Positions 10,061-19,325 are shown, counted from the first letter of the stretch. The stretch is DNA of 64,000 bases from Chloroflexota bacterium (GCA_003141245.1 PLLE01000038.1:3541-67540), one strand, 5' to 3'. Notes: generated by a model not told the origin, from the letters alone. Numbers and translations are program-made.

Positions 10061-10726
10061 ATGCTCGCGACCCATTCACTGAACCGTCTCCCCGCCACCG
10101 AGCGCGGCGTCACGATCGGCGATTTTCTGGTCCCGATCCGCATCGGCGAACGCATGGGCGCGCGTCTGCGCCACATGGCGCTCATCGTCATCGGCGCCGG
10201 CTTCATTGCGCTGACCGCGAACGTCACGGTCTGGCTGCCCAACAACCCCGTCCCGATCACGGGCCAGACGCTCTCCGTCCTGCTGGTCGGTGGCGCGCTC
10301 GGACTGAAGCGGGGCTTCCTCTCGGTCCTGATGTACCTGGCCCTCGGCTTCTGGCTGCCCGTGTATGCGGGTCACGGCCATGGCGTCGAGACGATCGTCG
10401 GCATCGGCGGGGGCGGGCTCGTGATGGGTGCCCTGGGCGGGTACCTCGTTGGCTTCCTGCTCGCGGCCGCGGCCGTCGGCTGGCTGGCCGAGCTTGGCTG
10501 GGACCGCCACGTCCCCGGCGCCGTCGGTGCGATGCTGATCGGCGAGGTCGTGATCTACACCATCGGCGTTCCGTGGCTGGCCATCGCGGCCCACTTCTCG
10601 CCGCAGGTCGCCATCGACAAGGGGATGCTGGCGTTCGTCCTCGGCGATGCCGTCAAGATCGCCATCGCGGCCGGTCTCTTCCCGTTCGCCTGGTGGCTCG
10701 TGGGGCGCCGCGCCGACGACCGCTAA
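10061..10726 (+). CDS. bioY: biotin transporter BioY (ECF S-component)
   Basis: PVPITGQTLSVLLVGGALGLKRGF and multiple TM segments are typical of BioY. The start could be a downstream ATG. Confidence 0.75.
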   Translation: MLATHSLNRLPATERGVTIGDFLVPIRIGERMGARLRHMALIVIGAGFIALTANVTVWLPNNPVPITGQTLSVLLVGGALGLKRGFLSVLMYLALGFWLPVYAGHGHGVETIVGIGGGGLVMGALGGYLVGFLLAAAAVGWLAELGWDRHVPGAVGAMLIGEVVIYTIGVPWLAIAAHFSPQVAIDKGMLAFVLGDAVKIAIAAGLFPFAWWLVGRRADDR

Positions 10727-10849
10727 CCGCGCGGCGCCGGGCGGCGCATGCCGTCCTTGGCTCCTGCGCTCCTCGCTCGCGCACGTCTGAGTGCTCTCGC
10801 TCCGGTCCTCGGATCCGCCCAGGCCTGTGCTCGCCGGGCGCCGCGCGGG

Positions 10850-11521
10850 TCAGAAGGTCGCCCACTCCGTCGCGTCGAGTTCGCCGACGCCGAACAGCTT
10901 CAGGCACGGCGCCAGGCCTTCGATCGTGACCGGCACGACGTCCCGTCGCCAGGTGTCGCGGCCCACTCGGATCCGGTGCTCCACCACTCGCTCGGCGCCG
11001 ACCGCCCAGATCTCCTCGCCGTTCGGGACGTATCCGAGCTTGGCCGAGACGCGGGCAGAGGCGGCGTTGCCCTCGAAGTAGCCCGACTCCGCGATCTCCG
11101 CGCCCAGCCCCTCGAACGCGAGCGACAGGACGGCCGCGCGCATCTCCGTCCCGTAGCCCCGGCCCTGGTGGCCACGGCCCAACCAGCTGCCCGTTACCAC
11201 GGTCCGCCTGACTCCGAAGTCGCGGGCCATCAGATCCTGAATGCCGATCGGCTGCCCGGCCGCGACTACCGCCAGCCCAAGGTTCCACTTCGCGGGGTTC
11301 CAACTGCCGCGCGACGCCCACCAGTGCTGCAGGAACTGGCGCTCGAAGGCGGGGGAGGGGAGCGCGTGCCAGGGGACCGCGAAGTAGGTCTGCCCCTCCG
11401 CGACGACCCCCTCGCGGGCTACGCGCATCAGCTCGAGCAGGTCGTCGTCGGTCGGCAGGCGCAGCTCCAGGCGGGGGGTCCGCAGGCGCAGGTCGAAGAG
11501 CGGCCAGGGATGAGCAGTCAT
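10850..11521 (-). CDS. GNAT family N-acetyltransferase (RimJ/RimL-like)
   Basis: HQGRGYGTEMRAAVLSLAF and NAASARVSAKLGY motifs. The ATG at 11521 gives MTAHPWPLFDLRLRTPRLELRLP, a typical RimJ-like N-terminus. Confidence 0.75.
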   Translation of the reverse strand: MTAHPWPLFDLRLRTPRLELRLPTDDDLLELMRVAREGVVAEGQTYFAVPWHALPSPAFERQFLQHWWASRGSWNPAKWNLGLAVVAAGQPIGIQDLMARDFGVRRTVVTGSWLGRGHQGRGYGTEMRAAVLSLAFEGLGAEIAESGYFEGNAASARVSAKLGYVPNGEEIWAVGAERVVEHRIRVGRDTWRRDVVPVTIEGLAPCLKLFGVGELDATEWATF

Positions 11522-11532
11522 GGAAATAGCGT

Positions 11533-11569
11533 AGCCCGAATCCACCGATCGCCGCTTGCATCTCGCTCG
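11533..11569. repeat. 37-bp dispersed repeat, copy 1 (copy 2 at 59431-59467)
   Basis: agcccgaatccaccgatcgccgcttgcatctcgctcg versus agcccggatccaccgatcgccgcttgcatctcgctcg, 36/37 identical, same orientation, both intergenic. Confidence 0.85.
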
Positions 11570-11641
11570 GTCAGCCGGAACCGGGGAGTGTGAAGTGGCC
11601 GGCTGCGCCACCGGCGACCCGGACCTACCGCCCTGGTCGAA

Positions 11642-12562
11642 CTAGGCAGACTTGCGGCGACGAGCCGGGAAGATCTCGCGCTCGGGCTCTCTCGCCTCGA
11701 CCGGGACCGCAACAGGCACAGGCCTGGACGCCTTCTTCGAGGCAGCCGCTCCCGCCATCGTCTCCGGGATGCTCGACTGACGCGCCGCCTTGGCCGCGGC
11801 CACGCTTGCCTCCAGCGCGGCGACGAGATCCGTCAGCTTCGCGGCCGGTGCCGCGACCGGCTCGGCGATCTCCTCGCCGGCGGCCTTCGCTTCGATGATC
11901 GACATCAGCGCCTCGCGGTAGTCGTCGCGGTAGGCTGCCGGGTCGAACTCGCTGGTCATCATCGCCACGAGCTGCTCGGCGATCGCCAGTTCGGACGGCT
12001 TGACCTCGGCGTCGTCCTCGGGGATCGCCAGGTCCGCCACCGACCTGACTTCGTCCGGCCAATACAGCGTCGACAGCAGGATCGTGTTGCTGAACGGGTC
12101 GAGGGCGGCGAGCTGCTCGCGATCGCGGAGCACGATCTTGCAGATGGCCCGAAGACCGCGCCGGGCGAGGACCTGCTTGAGCAGGAAGAAGGCCTTGCGG
12201 GCGACCGGCTCGGGCTCTAGGTAGTAGGCCTGCTTGACGAAGCGCGTCGTCTCGCCGTCAGAGTCGAGCGGCACGAACTGCTCGATCTCTATGGAGCGTA
12301 CGGTCTTGAGCGGGACCGACGCGAGGTCCTCGTCCGTGATGACGACGTACTGGTCGGGCGCGACCTCGTAGCCGCGCACCGTGTCGCTGCGCTCGATGAT
12401 CTCGTCGTCAGTCGGGCAGTAGGTCTTCATCTGAATCCGGCCGCGGCAAGCGGCGTGCAGCATGTTGAAGCTGACGCCCTTCGACTCCGTGGCCAGGTAC
12501 ATCTTGATTGGGATCGTGACCAGCCCGAACTGGATGGCCCCTTTCCACATAGATCGCGCCAT
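11642..12562 (-). CDS. ku: non-homologous end joining protein Ku
   Basis: The ATG at 12562 gives MARSMWKGAIQFGLVTIPIKMY..., the canonical bacterial Ku N-terminus. 306 aa with a basic Ala/Pro-rich tail. The longer ORF to 13120 overlaps the upstream gene and was rejected. Confidence 0.9.
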   Translation of the reverse strand: MARSMWKGAIQFGLVTIPIKMYLATESKGVSFNMLHAACRGRIQMKTYCPTDDEIIERSDTVRGYEVAPDQYVVITDEDLASVPLKTVRSIEIEQFVPLDSDGETTRFVKQAYYLEPEPVARKAFFLLKQVLARRGLRAICKIVLRDREQLAALDPFSNTILLSTLYWPDEVRSVADLAIPEDDAEVKPSELAIAEQLVAMMTSEFDPAAYRDDYREALMSIIEAKAAGEEIAEPVAAPAAKLTDLVAALEASVAAAKAARQSSIPETMAGAAASKKASRPVPVAVPVEAREPEREIFPARRRKSA

Positions 12563-12675
12563 CGAACAGCACCTCGCACCGCGAGCCCTTCTCGGCGGGC
12601 CGCGAAGGCCGAGCATAGCGCACGTTCTGGGCGTGTCCAGAAAGCCGGGCAATCGTTGCGCGGTGCCGTCCGGGC

Positions 12676-13941
12676 TCAGATCCGGCGCAGCTCCGCCTCG
12701 GCCTCGGTGAGTCGGGCGAGGATGCCGTCGCGCAGCCTGTCCAGCCCGGCGTAGACCTCCTTGGCGCTCGTCCCGATCGACGTCAGCGTCAGCTTGAGCG
12801 AGCGCAGCGTCTCGAGCTGCTCCCGTACGCCGTTGAGGGCGACGGCGATGGCCGCCGCGTCCACTTCCACGTCGCGCTCGCGCAGGGTCTGGAGGGCCAG
12901 CAGCCGGGCCAGTCGGACCGCTGCCTCCAGCGTTGCCGCGTCGGGTGCGGCCGGATCCACCACGCAGTAGACGTCCCCGGCCCGAACGTCGAACGGAGCG
13001 ATTCCCGTGGGGGCGTGGGCGGGCGTGAAGACCACGAGGGCGACCGCCGCATCGCGATTCGACTTGGCCTCGCGCAGCTCGTCGCGCATGGCCCGGCCCG
13101 AGACGTAGCGGTCCTTGCACTCGACCACGACCCGCAGCTCGCAGCCTGCCGTCGCGTCCGCGTTGAGAGTCAGGACGAAGTCACCCTTCTTGGAGCCGAT
13201 CGCCGAGCCGGTCTCCGTCCCGGTCCGCTCGAGGATGTCGCCCGACCCGCGGCTGATATCGCCGAGCATGGCGTCGACGACGTCCTCGAAGTCCGAACCC
13301 TTGGCTGTCGATTTGGCCCGCTCCGAAGCCCTGGCTGCCCCCGCCGCCTCGAGCGCGGCCAGCCGCTCGTTCAGCTTCGCGAACCCCTCGGAGATCTCGA
13401 CGCGGAACTGGTGCAGCGGCGAGCCCAGGCGGGTGGGATCGAGCAGCTGAGCCAGCCGCGAGGCGTCGCCGTCGAAGTACGAGCCGAGCAGCACCTTCAT
13501 GCGGCCGATGGCGCTGTCGCGCTTGGCCTCGTCGAAGAGCTCGTCCACGAAGCTCCGCAGCTGACCCTTGTCGCCGAGGAACTTCTCCAGCGTCCGCGGC
13601 AACCGGCCTTCGCCGTCGGCGAAATTCTGGCGCAGCATCACGTCCAGTGCCGTGGCGGCCCTCTCGTTGGCGGCCTCCGTCTGGCGCAGCAGCCCCTGGA
13701 ACTCGGACCGGACCGCGTCCACGTTCACCGTGACGCCGACGCTCTGGATCGCGGTCAGACCGACGCGCAGGGCCCGCTCCACGAGGAGCGCGCGCTCTTC
13801 GGCCGGACGGTCGGCGACGAAGGCGGCCAGCGCGTGGTCGGCCAGCACGAGATGCTCGACCACGAGCCGATCCGCCTCGACCCTCACGAAGGCCTGGCGA
13901 GCCGGTTGCGACGGGAGCGGGACCAGCCTGGCGGTTTCCAT
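12676..13941 (-). CDS. hypothetical coiled-coil protein with a PD-(D/E)xK-like nuclease motif
   Basis: 421 aa. The helical N-terminal half is followed by KKGDFVLTL...ELRVVVECKDRYVS...AAVALVVFTP (D...E-x-K pattern with following beta strand, nt about 13105-13195) and then a C-terminal coiled coil. It is on the same strand as ku, 113 bp upstream of it. Confidence 0.6.
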   Translation of the reverse strand: METARLVPLPSQPARQAFVRVEADRLVVEHLVLADHALAAFVADRPAEERALLVERALRVGLTAIQSVGVTVNVDAVRSEFQGLLRQTEAANERAATALDVMLRQNFADGEGRLPRTLEKFLGDKGQLRSFVDELFDEAKRDSAIGRMKVLLGSYFDGDASRLAQLLDPTRLGSPLHQFRVEISEGFAKLNERLAALEAAGAARASERAKSTAKGSDFEDVVDAMLGDISRGSGDILERTGTETGSAIGSKKGDFVLTLNADATAGCELRVVVECKDRYVSGRAMRDELREAKSNRDAAVALVVFTPAHAPTGIAPFDVRAGDVYCVVDPAAPDAATLEAAVRLARLLALQTLRERDVEVDAAAIAVALNGVREQLETLRSLKLTLTSIGTSAKEVYAGLDRLRDGILARLTEAEAELRRI

Positions 13942-14051
13942 GCCGGCAACTCTGACGGGGCGCTGTGACAGCTAGCGTGTCACGGCCCCACCGCGACACA
14001 GCTCGCGCCAGGAGACGTAGTCGACGCGCCGGGCATGGCACCATTGCACAC

Positions 14052-15323
14052 ATGCGAGCAGGTGAGGACGGAGGGGACGTGCGTGCGGCGCGTGGGAGGC
14101 GGCAGCTTTCGTGCCTGAGCCGTGTCGCGACGGCGTGGTGGGGGCCGGTGGCTCTTGGGGCCTTTGCGCTCTGGCAGTTCTCCCAGACTGCGCCCGGCGG
14201 CCACGACGACGTCGTGTGGGCTGCCGTCTTCGTTCCCGCGGCAGTGCTCGTGCTGGTCGTTCGCCGTCGCCTGAGCCCCACCGAAGTCATGGCCCTTGAG
14301 GTCCTCGCCACGGCTCTGTTCGCGGATTTCCAGAATTCGACGGCGGGCGGCCTCCGCGATCTGCACCTGTATCTCAACGCGGGCGCCCAGTTCATGGACC
14401 ACGGGGCCGTCTACACGACGGTCGCGATTCACAGCTATCCGAAGGCTGGGCTCGAGTACCTGCCGTTCCTTTACGCGCCGCCGACATTGCCCATCTTCGG
14501 ATTGCTCTCGGAGCTGCCGCGCGGTCTCGCAGACGGGCTTTGGGTCGCGGGCTCGGTCGCGGCGGTGGTCGTCTCGATGCGAGCCTTCGGGCTGGCGTGG
14601 CGTTGGGCCTTGCTCGCGCTCATCTGGACGCCCATCGAGCAGGGGTTGTTCACCGGCAACGTGGCGATCCCTTCGCTGCTGGTTTTGGCCGCGGCGATGC
14701 GACTCGGCGGGATGCTGGTGCTTGGCCCTCTGCTCAAGCCGCAGAACGGAATCGTCTCGCTCTGGCTGATTCGTGAGCGCGCCTGGCGCCGACTCGGCGG
14801 AGGGCTGCTGGCCCTGCTCTTGCTGGTACTGGCGACATTGCCGCTGGTGGGCATCGACCTGTGGCGCGACTGGCTCAACGGACTGAGCGCCTACCAGGAG
14901 TCACAGCAGTATCTGAACGGGCTGTACGGCGTCGGGCTCGGGCGCTACCTCCCGATGTGGGCGTTCCTCACGGTTGCGGCCCTCACGCTGGTGGCGGCGC
15001 TGTGGGTGCGCGGCCGGGAGGGGCTGGCCCGTCTCGGGCTCGCATCCGTCGTGGCCTCGCCTTCGCTGTGGAGCCATGGGTTCGTGTTCGGTATTCCGTC
15101 GTTCCTCCGCCTGCGTGCCGAATGGCTGTGGCTGGTCGCCGGCATGATGTCCATCGGCCAGTGGCCCGGTCCCCAGGTCGCGTTAGGGATCGGAGTGGCC
15201 GCCTGGTTCGTCAAGGGGATGGCGCGCCCTGAGAACGACGAGAAGGCTGCCGCCGGGCTCGGCCATCGCCCTCTGCACCCGCTCGGCTCCGCCACCGAAC
15301 CCTGGCCGCGTGCCGGGCGCTAG
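14052..15323 (+). CDS. GT87/DUF2029-like polytopic membrane glycosyltransferase, paralog 1
   Basis: Multi-TM protein with LEYLPFLYAPPTLPIF and FTGNVAIP motifs shared with 25777-26940 and 34751-35818. The start is uncertain (ORF opens at 13965). Confidence 0.55.
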   Translation: MRAGEDGGDVRAARGRRQLSCLSRVATAWWGPVALGAFALWQFSQTAPGGHDDVVWAAVFVPAAVLVLVVRRRLSPTEVMALEVLATALFADFQNSTAGGLRDLHLYLNAGAQFMDHGAVYTTVAIHSYPKAGLEYLPFLYAPPTLPIFGLLSELPRGLADGLWVAGSVAAVVVSMRAFGLAWRWALLALIWTPIEQGLFTGNVAIPSLLVLAAAMRLGGMLVLGPLLKPQNGIVSLWLIRERAWRRLGGGLLALLLLVLATLPLVGIDLWRDWLNGLSAYQESQQYLNGLYGVGLGRYLPMWAFLTVAALTLVAALWVRGREGLARLGLASVVASPSLWSHGFVFGIPSFLRLRAEWLWLVAGMMSIGQWPGPQVALGIGVAAWFVKGMARPENDEKAAAGLGHRPLHPLGSATEPWPRAGR

Positions 15324-15424
15324 GGACGAACGACGCGGCGACGGCGAGCTTGATTGGGCTTTGTTCGCGTCAGGCCGCCAGACGATTGTCCACACCCTCG
15401 CAAAACGCATTCCCGTGACGTGGC

Positions 15425-16126
15425 TCAAGGGACGTCGGGTCGGACCGTTGCAGTTGCGGGGCCTGGGTGGAATGGAGACGTGAGCGGCACGTCGAACGTG
15501 AAGGTCCAGTGGCCCGGCGTCTCGGTCTCGCCTGCAGCCGTCGTCACGCTCGTCACCTCGAGAGTGAAGGGACCGCGGGGCGTGATCCCGGCCGGGACAT
15601 TGCAGCCGCAGAGAACGGCCGAAGCGCCCCGGACGTCACCGGTACCCGCGCAGGTGCCGGGCCTGATGACGACTCCGTTGGCGTCGATGACTCGCATTCG
15701 CCCGATATCTGACGCGGCTCCCGACGCTGCCGTCACCGACGCGATGACCCAGACGTGCTCCCGATCGGCCGCGGCTCGTTCGAGGTGGATCGTGTAGCCG
15801 GCGTCGGTTCTCGACTGATTGATCTCCGTGGCCCGATCCCACACGTTCTCCATGAGCGGCGCGCCGCCGATCAGCTGGCTGAAGATCGTCCCGCCGGCGA
15901 CGACGGTTCCGGTGAGCAATGCCGCGGCGGCAACGCCGCCCAGCAGCAGGCGGGCCGGCATCGGAAAGCGCCGACCGCGGATCCGGCTCGCGCGGCGTGC
16001 CGTCTCGGAGGCTATTGCGACTTCGACCCGGCGGTCGATGACGTCGCGACTGCCGAGAGGTACGGGAATGGAGAAGCTCCGCCCGAGAGCTGCCTCGAAG
16101 TTGGAGTCAGAGGTGTCAAGCGTCAT
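15425..16126 (-). CDS. membrane-anchored anti-sigma factor candidate (DUF4179-like ectodomain)
   Basis: Overlaps the stop of the ECF sigma gene by 11 nt. It has a short cytoplasmic N-terminus, a single TM (LLLGGVAAAALLTGTVVAGG) and an extracytoplasmic domain. Confidence 0.55.
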   Translation of the reverse strand: MTLDTSDSNFEAALGRSFSIPVPLGSRDVIDRRVEVAIASETARRASRIRGRRFPMPARLLLGGVAAAALLTGTVVAGGTIFSQLIGGAPLMENVWDRATEINQSRTDAGYTIHLERAAADREHVWVIASVTAASGAASDIGRMRVIDANGVVIRPGTCAGTGDVRGASAVLCGCNVPAGITPRGPFTLEVTSVTTAAGETETPGHWTFTFDVPLTSPFHPGPATATVRPDVP

Positions 16127-16712
16127 TTCGAGATGCCTCCTTAAGGGTGGCAAGTGATCTGGTGAGGAGCTTCTTTGTGGCGGCCTCGCTCTTGCCGATC
16201 ACCGTCGCGATTTCACGGCTCGAAAGGCCGCCTGCGAAGCGGAGTGCAAGCGCGTCGCGCTGGATGTCGGGAAGCCGCGCGACAAGGGAGAGGATCCAGC
16301 GACGCTCCTCGGTCGCGATCGCCGCGTCCTCGGGTGATTGGCCCGGAGCCGTCAGTCCGCTGACCTCGTCGAGACCGAGTGGCCGGTTGCGCTGCCGCCG
16401 GCCGGCGTCGATGAAGGCGTTGCGGGCGATCCGGAGGAGCCACGGACCGAAGCCCGACCCGCCCGGTCGATACCGATCGATATGGCTGAGCGCCCGCTCA
16501 AACGTCAGCGCGGCCAGCTCGGCCGCATCGTCCTCGTTGGCGCCCCGAGCCCGCAGGTACCGATACACCCGCAGCATGTGTCGTTCGTAGAGAGGCGCAA
16601 ACGCCTTCGGATCCGCCTGGGCCTCGAGGGCCAGCCTGTCGTCGAGAGGCGTGTCGGCAAGATCGAGAGGGCTCGCGATCTGTTGACTGAGCTCCATCTG
16701 GCCTCCAAGCAT
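16116..16712 (-). CDS. ECF-type RNA polymerase sigma-70 family factor
   Basis: Region 2 (FAPLYERHMLRVYRYL...PWLLRIARNAFIDAGRR) and region 4 HTH (LSSREIATVIGKSEAATKKLLTRSL). The start is either 16712 or 16697; the TTG at 16850 is unlikely. Confidence 0.85.
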   Translation of the reverse strand: MLGGQMELSQQIASPLDLADTPLDDRLALEAQADPKAFAPLYERHMLRVYRYLRARGANEDDAAELAALTFERALSHIDRYRPGGSGFGPWLLRIARNAFIDAGRRQRNRPLGLDEVSGLTAPGQSPEDAAIATEERRWILSLVARLPDIQRDALALRFAGGLSSREIATVIGKSEAATKKLLTRSLATLKEASRNDA

Positions 16713-16888
16713 GGCGGGTTGCCCGACCGTCATGTGGAGAACGTGCGAGAGGGTCGATCGGGGACATCGGCGTCCGTCGCCGCCATCGTCGACTGCTGAT
16801 CGGGCCACATCGTCGCGGGTGCCACTTCGAATCGTCGCTCTCTGACCCAACTTTCACGTGAACGGCAAGGTTGGGCTACCATCACCTC

Positions 16889-17359
16889 ATGACCGATGCA
16901 GGCGTGCGGCCGGCCGAATCGACCCGACTTCTGCGCATCCACGAGGCGGCGGCCGAGGTCGGGCTGACCGCACGCTCGGTGCGGTACTACGAGGAGCTCG
17001 GCCTGCTCAAGCCGGCGGCTCGATCCGAGGGCGACTACCGCCTCTACGACGAATCCGACCTGGAGCGGCTGCGCTTCATCAAAGGGCTGCGTGACGATGC
17101 CGGCTTCTCGCTGGCCGAGATCTCCCAGTTGCTTGAGGACGAGGCGGCCCGCGAGCGCGACCACGTCGCCTACCATGCCACCGCCGACCCGCGGGAACGG
17201 CTCCGGATTCTGCGCGACCGCGTCGCGAGCTTCGAGCAGCAGACGCAGACGCTGCGGACGAAGATCGGGCGGCTACAGGCGATGGTCGACGAGACGGAGG
17301 CCCGCCGCCAACGCAGCCTGGCCAGGATCGCCGAGATAGAGCGGCAGGCGCCCGAATGA
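16889..17359 (+). CDS. MerR family transcriptional regulator
   Basis: IHEAAAEVGLTARSVRYYEELGLLKP HTH followed by a coiled coil. The stop overlaps the next gene start (ATGA). Confidence 0.85.
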   Translation: MTDAGVRPAESTRLLRIHEAAAEVGLTARSVRYYEELGLLKPAARSEGDYRLYDESDLERLRFIKGLRDDAGFSLAEISQLLEDEAARERDHVAYHATADPRERLRILRDRVASFEQQTQTLRTKIGRLQAMVDETEARRQRSLARIAEIERQAPE

Positions 17360-18702
17360 TCATCGGCGGGCGGGTGCGGTTGGGGGCGACCGGGCGCGCC
17401 CTGAAGCGCCGCAATTTCCGGCTCTTCTTCTTCGGTCAGCTGATCTCGGTCACCGGTACCTGGATGCAGTCCACGGCTCAGGCGTGGCTCGTGCTGACCC
17501 TCGTCGGCAAGCAGGACGTGGCCTTCTACCTGGGGCTCCTGGGAGCGGTGCAGTTCCTGCCCGTCCTCGTTCTCGGCATGTTCGGTGGGATGATCGCGGA
17601 CCTCATGCCCAAACGACAGACCGTCGTCGCGACCCAGATCGCGGCCGGCCTGCTGGCCCTGGTTCTGGCCGGCCTGGTCTACTTCGGCGCGGTTCAGGTG
17701 TGGGAGATCTTTGCGTTGGGTCTGGTTCTGGGCATCGTGAACGCGGTCGATATGCCCACCCGCCAGTCGTTCGTGGTCGAGATGGTCGGCCGGGAAGATG
17801 TAGCGAACGCGGTGGGCCTGAACTCGGCGGTCTTCAACGCCGCTCGGATCGTAGGCCCGGCGGTCGCCGGGATCCTGATCGCCGTCATCGGTACGGCGCT
17901 CTGCTTCTTCCTCAACTCGATCAGCTATGTGGCCGTCGTCGCGGGGCTGCTGATGATGCGAGACGACGAGCTGATGCCGGCCCAGCGCCTGCCGATGCCA
18001 CGCAGCGTCTCGGCGGTCCGCGAGAACATGGCCGAGGGACTGGCGTACGTCTGGCGAACCCCCATCGTGCTGCTGGTCGTCGGCGTCGTTGCCATCGTCT
18101 CGACCTTCGGCATGAACTTCAACGTCGTTCTGCCGGCCATGGCGGGCGGCGTCCTCGATGTCGGCTCGGTGGGCTTCGGGCTCCTCACCGCCGCGATGGG
18201 GGTCGGTGCGCTGATCGCGGCACTGATCGTGGCGGCGGGCGAGCGGCCGCGGATCAGGCTGCTCCTGGGAGGGGCGATCCTGATGGGCGCCGCCGAGGTC
18301 GCGCTCTCGATGACGAGGCTCTTCCCCGTGGCGCTGTTCGTGGTCTTCCTGGCGGGTCTTGGCGCCGTAGCGATGGCGGCCTCTGCCAATGCCCTGATCC
18401 AGGTGACGGTGCCGGGGCCGCTCCGCGGGCGAGTGATGGCGGTCTACACCACCATCTCCGTCGGCTCGACGCCCGTCGGCAACACCGTGACGGGAGTGGT
18501 CGGCGCGGGCTACGGCACTCCTGCCGCCGTCTTCGTCGACGGGTTCGTGGCGGTGCTGGGCGGCGTCGCGGGCGTCTTCGCGGTCTGGCGGGGAGGCGTG
18601 CGGGCCGGCGGCGGCGAGGGTCGATCGAGCGAGACGGCCGAGATGGCTCCGGAGCCGGGTCAGGCTGTGGGCGGCGTCGCGGCGGACAGGTCGAAGGCGT
18701 AG
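17356..18702 (+). CDS. MFS transporter (EntS/MFS_3-like)
   Basis: 448 aa, about 12 TM. FRLFFFGQLISVTGTWMQ is a typical N-terminal motif. Translationally coupled to the MerR gene. Confidence 0.8.
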   Translation: MIIGGRVRLGATGRALKRRNFRLFFFGQLISVTGTWMQSTAQAWLVLTLVGKQDVAFYLGLLGAVQFLPVLVLGMFGGMIADLMPKRQTVVATQIAAGLLALVLAGLVYFGAVQVWEIFALGLVLGIVNAVDMPTRQSFVVEMVGREDVANAVGLNSAVFNAARIVGPAVAGILIAVIGTALCFFLNSISYVAVVAGLLMMRDDELMPAQRLPMPRSVSAVRENMAEGLAYVWRTPIVLLVVGVVAIVSTFGMNFNVVLPAMAGGVLDVGSVGFGLLTAAMGVGALIAALIVAAGERPRIRLLLGGAILMGAAEVALSMTRLFPVALFVVFLAGLGAVAMAASANALIQVTVPGPLRGRVMAVYTTISVGSTPVGNTVTGVVGAGYGTPAAVFVDGFVAVLGGVAGVFAVWRGGVRAGGGEGRSSETAEMAPEPGQAVGGVAADRSKA

Positions 18703-19196
18703 GCGATCAGGTCGATCCCAGGCGCCGGCACGAAGTCGATCGACGGATCGCGATGGAATCCTATGCCTTCGTACAGCCGGATCGCGGCGGGCATCCAGTC
18801 GCCGGTATGGAGCACGAGCCGGGAGCGTCCGTCGGCTCGGGCTCGGTCCAGGCAGGCCTCCGTCAGGGCGCGTCCGATACCCCGACCCTGGTGGGCCGGA
18901 TCGACCGCCAGCATCCTGATCCCGGCCTCGCCCTCGCGCAGCTCCTCGGAGTACGGATCATCCGGGCCGGAGACGAAGGTGACGCCGCCAAGCAGCTCTC
19001 CGGTGGGGGTCACCGCCACGAGCACGCACGAGGTCGTGGCTCGTCTGGCAACGTCCCGAAGTTGGCGGTCGTACCCGTCCTGATGGTGCATCGCGTCTTC
19101 CAGGGCGTGGTACGCGGCCACGGTCAGCTCGCCCAGCGACTCGCATTCCTCTGGACGAACGGGCCGGATCGTGAAGGTGACCGGGCGCTTGCTCAT
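18660..19196 (-). CDS. GNAT family N-acetyltransferase
   Basis: The ATG at 19196 gives MSKRPVTFTIRPVRPEE. Motif A is LAVDPAHQGRGIGRAL, followed by LYEGIGF. An alternative GTG at 19325 would add a GDGRGRGL repeat. Confidence 0.8.
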   Translation of the reverse strand: MSKRPVTFTIRPVRPEECESLGELTVAAYHALEDAMHHQDGYDRQLRDVARRATTSCVLVAVTPTGELLGGVTFVSGPDDPYSEELREGEAGIRMLAVDPAHQGRGIGRALTEACLDRARADGRSRLVLHTGDWMPAAIRLYEGIGFHRDPSIDFVPAPGIDLIAYAFDLSAATPPTA

Positions 19197-19258
19197 GCCG
19201 GCAGCGTAACTCTGCGGTGCGCCGACCGCCGAAGAGTCGGACGCTCTCGAGACGCCAC

Positions 19259-19325
19259 GGCCGTCGCCCACAAGTCCCCTTCCGCGGCCGTCGCCCGCAA
19301 GTCCCCTTCCGCGGCCGTCGCCCAC
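19259..19325. repeat. 27-bp tandem repeat (about 2.5 copies)
   Basis: ggccgtcgccc(a/g)caagtccccttccgc occurs at 19259-19285 and 19286-19312, with a partial copy to 19325. Confidence 0.85.

Noticed and set aside
11642-13120. 492-aa extended version of the Ku ORF
   Set aside because: The extra 186 N-terminal residues are Arg/Gly-rich and overlap the 3' end of the upstream gene. Canonical Ku begins at the internal MARSMWKG (12562).
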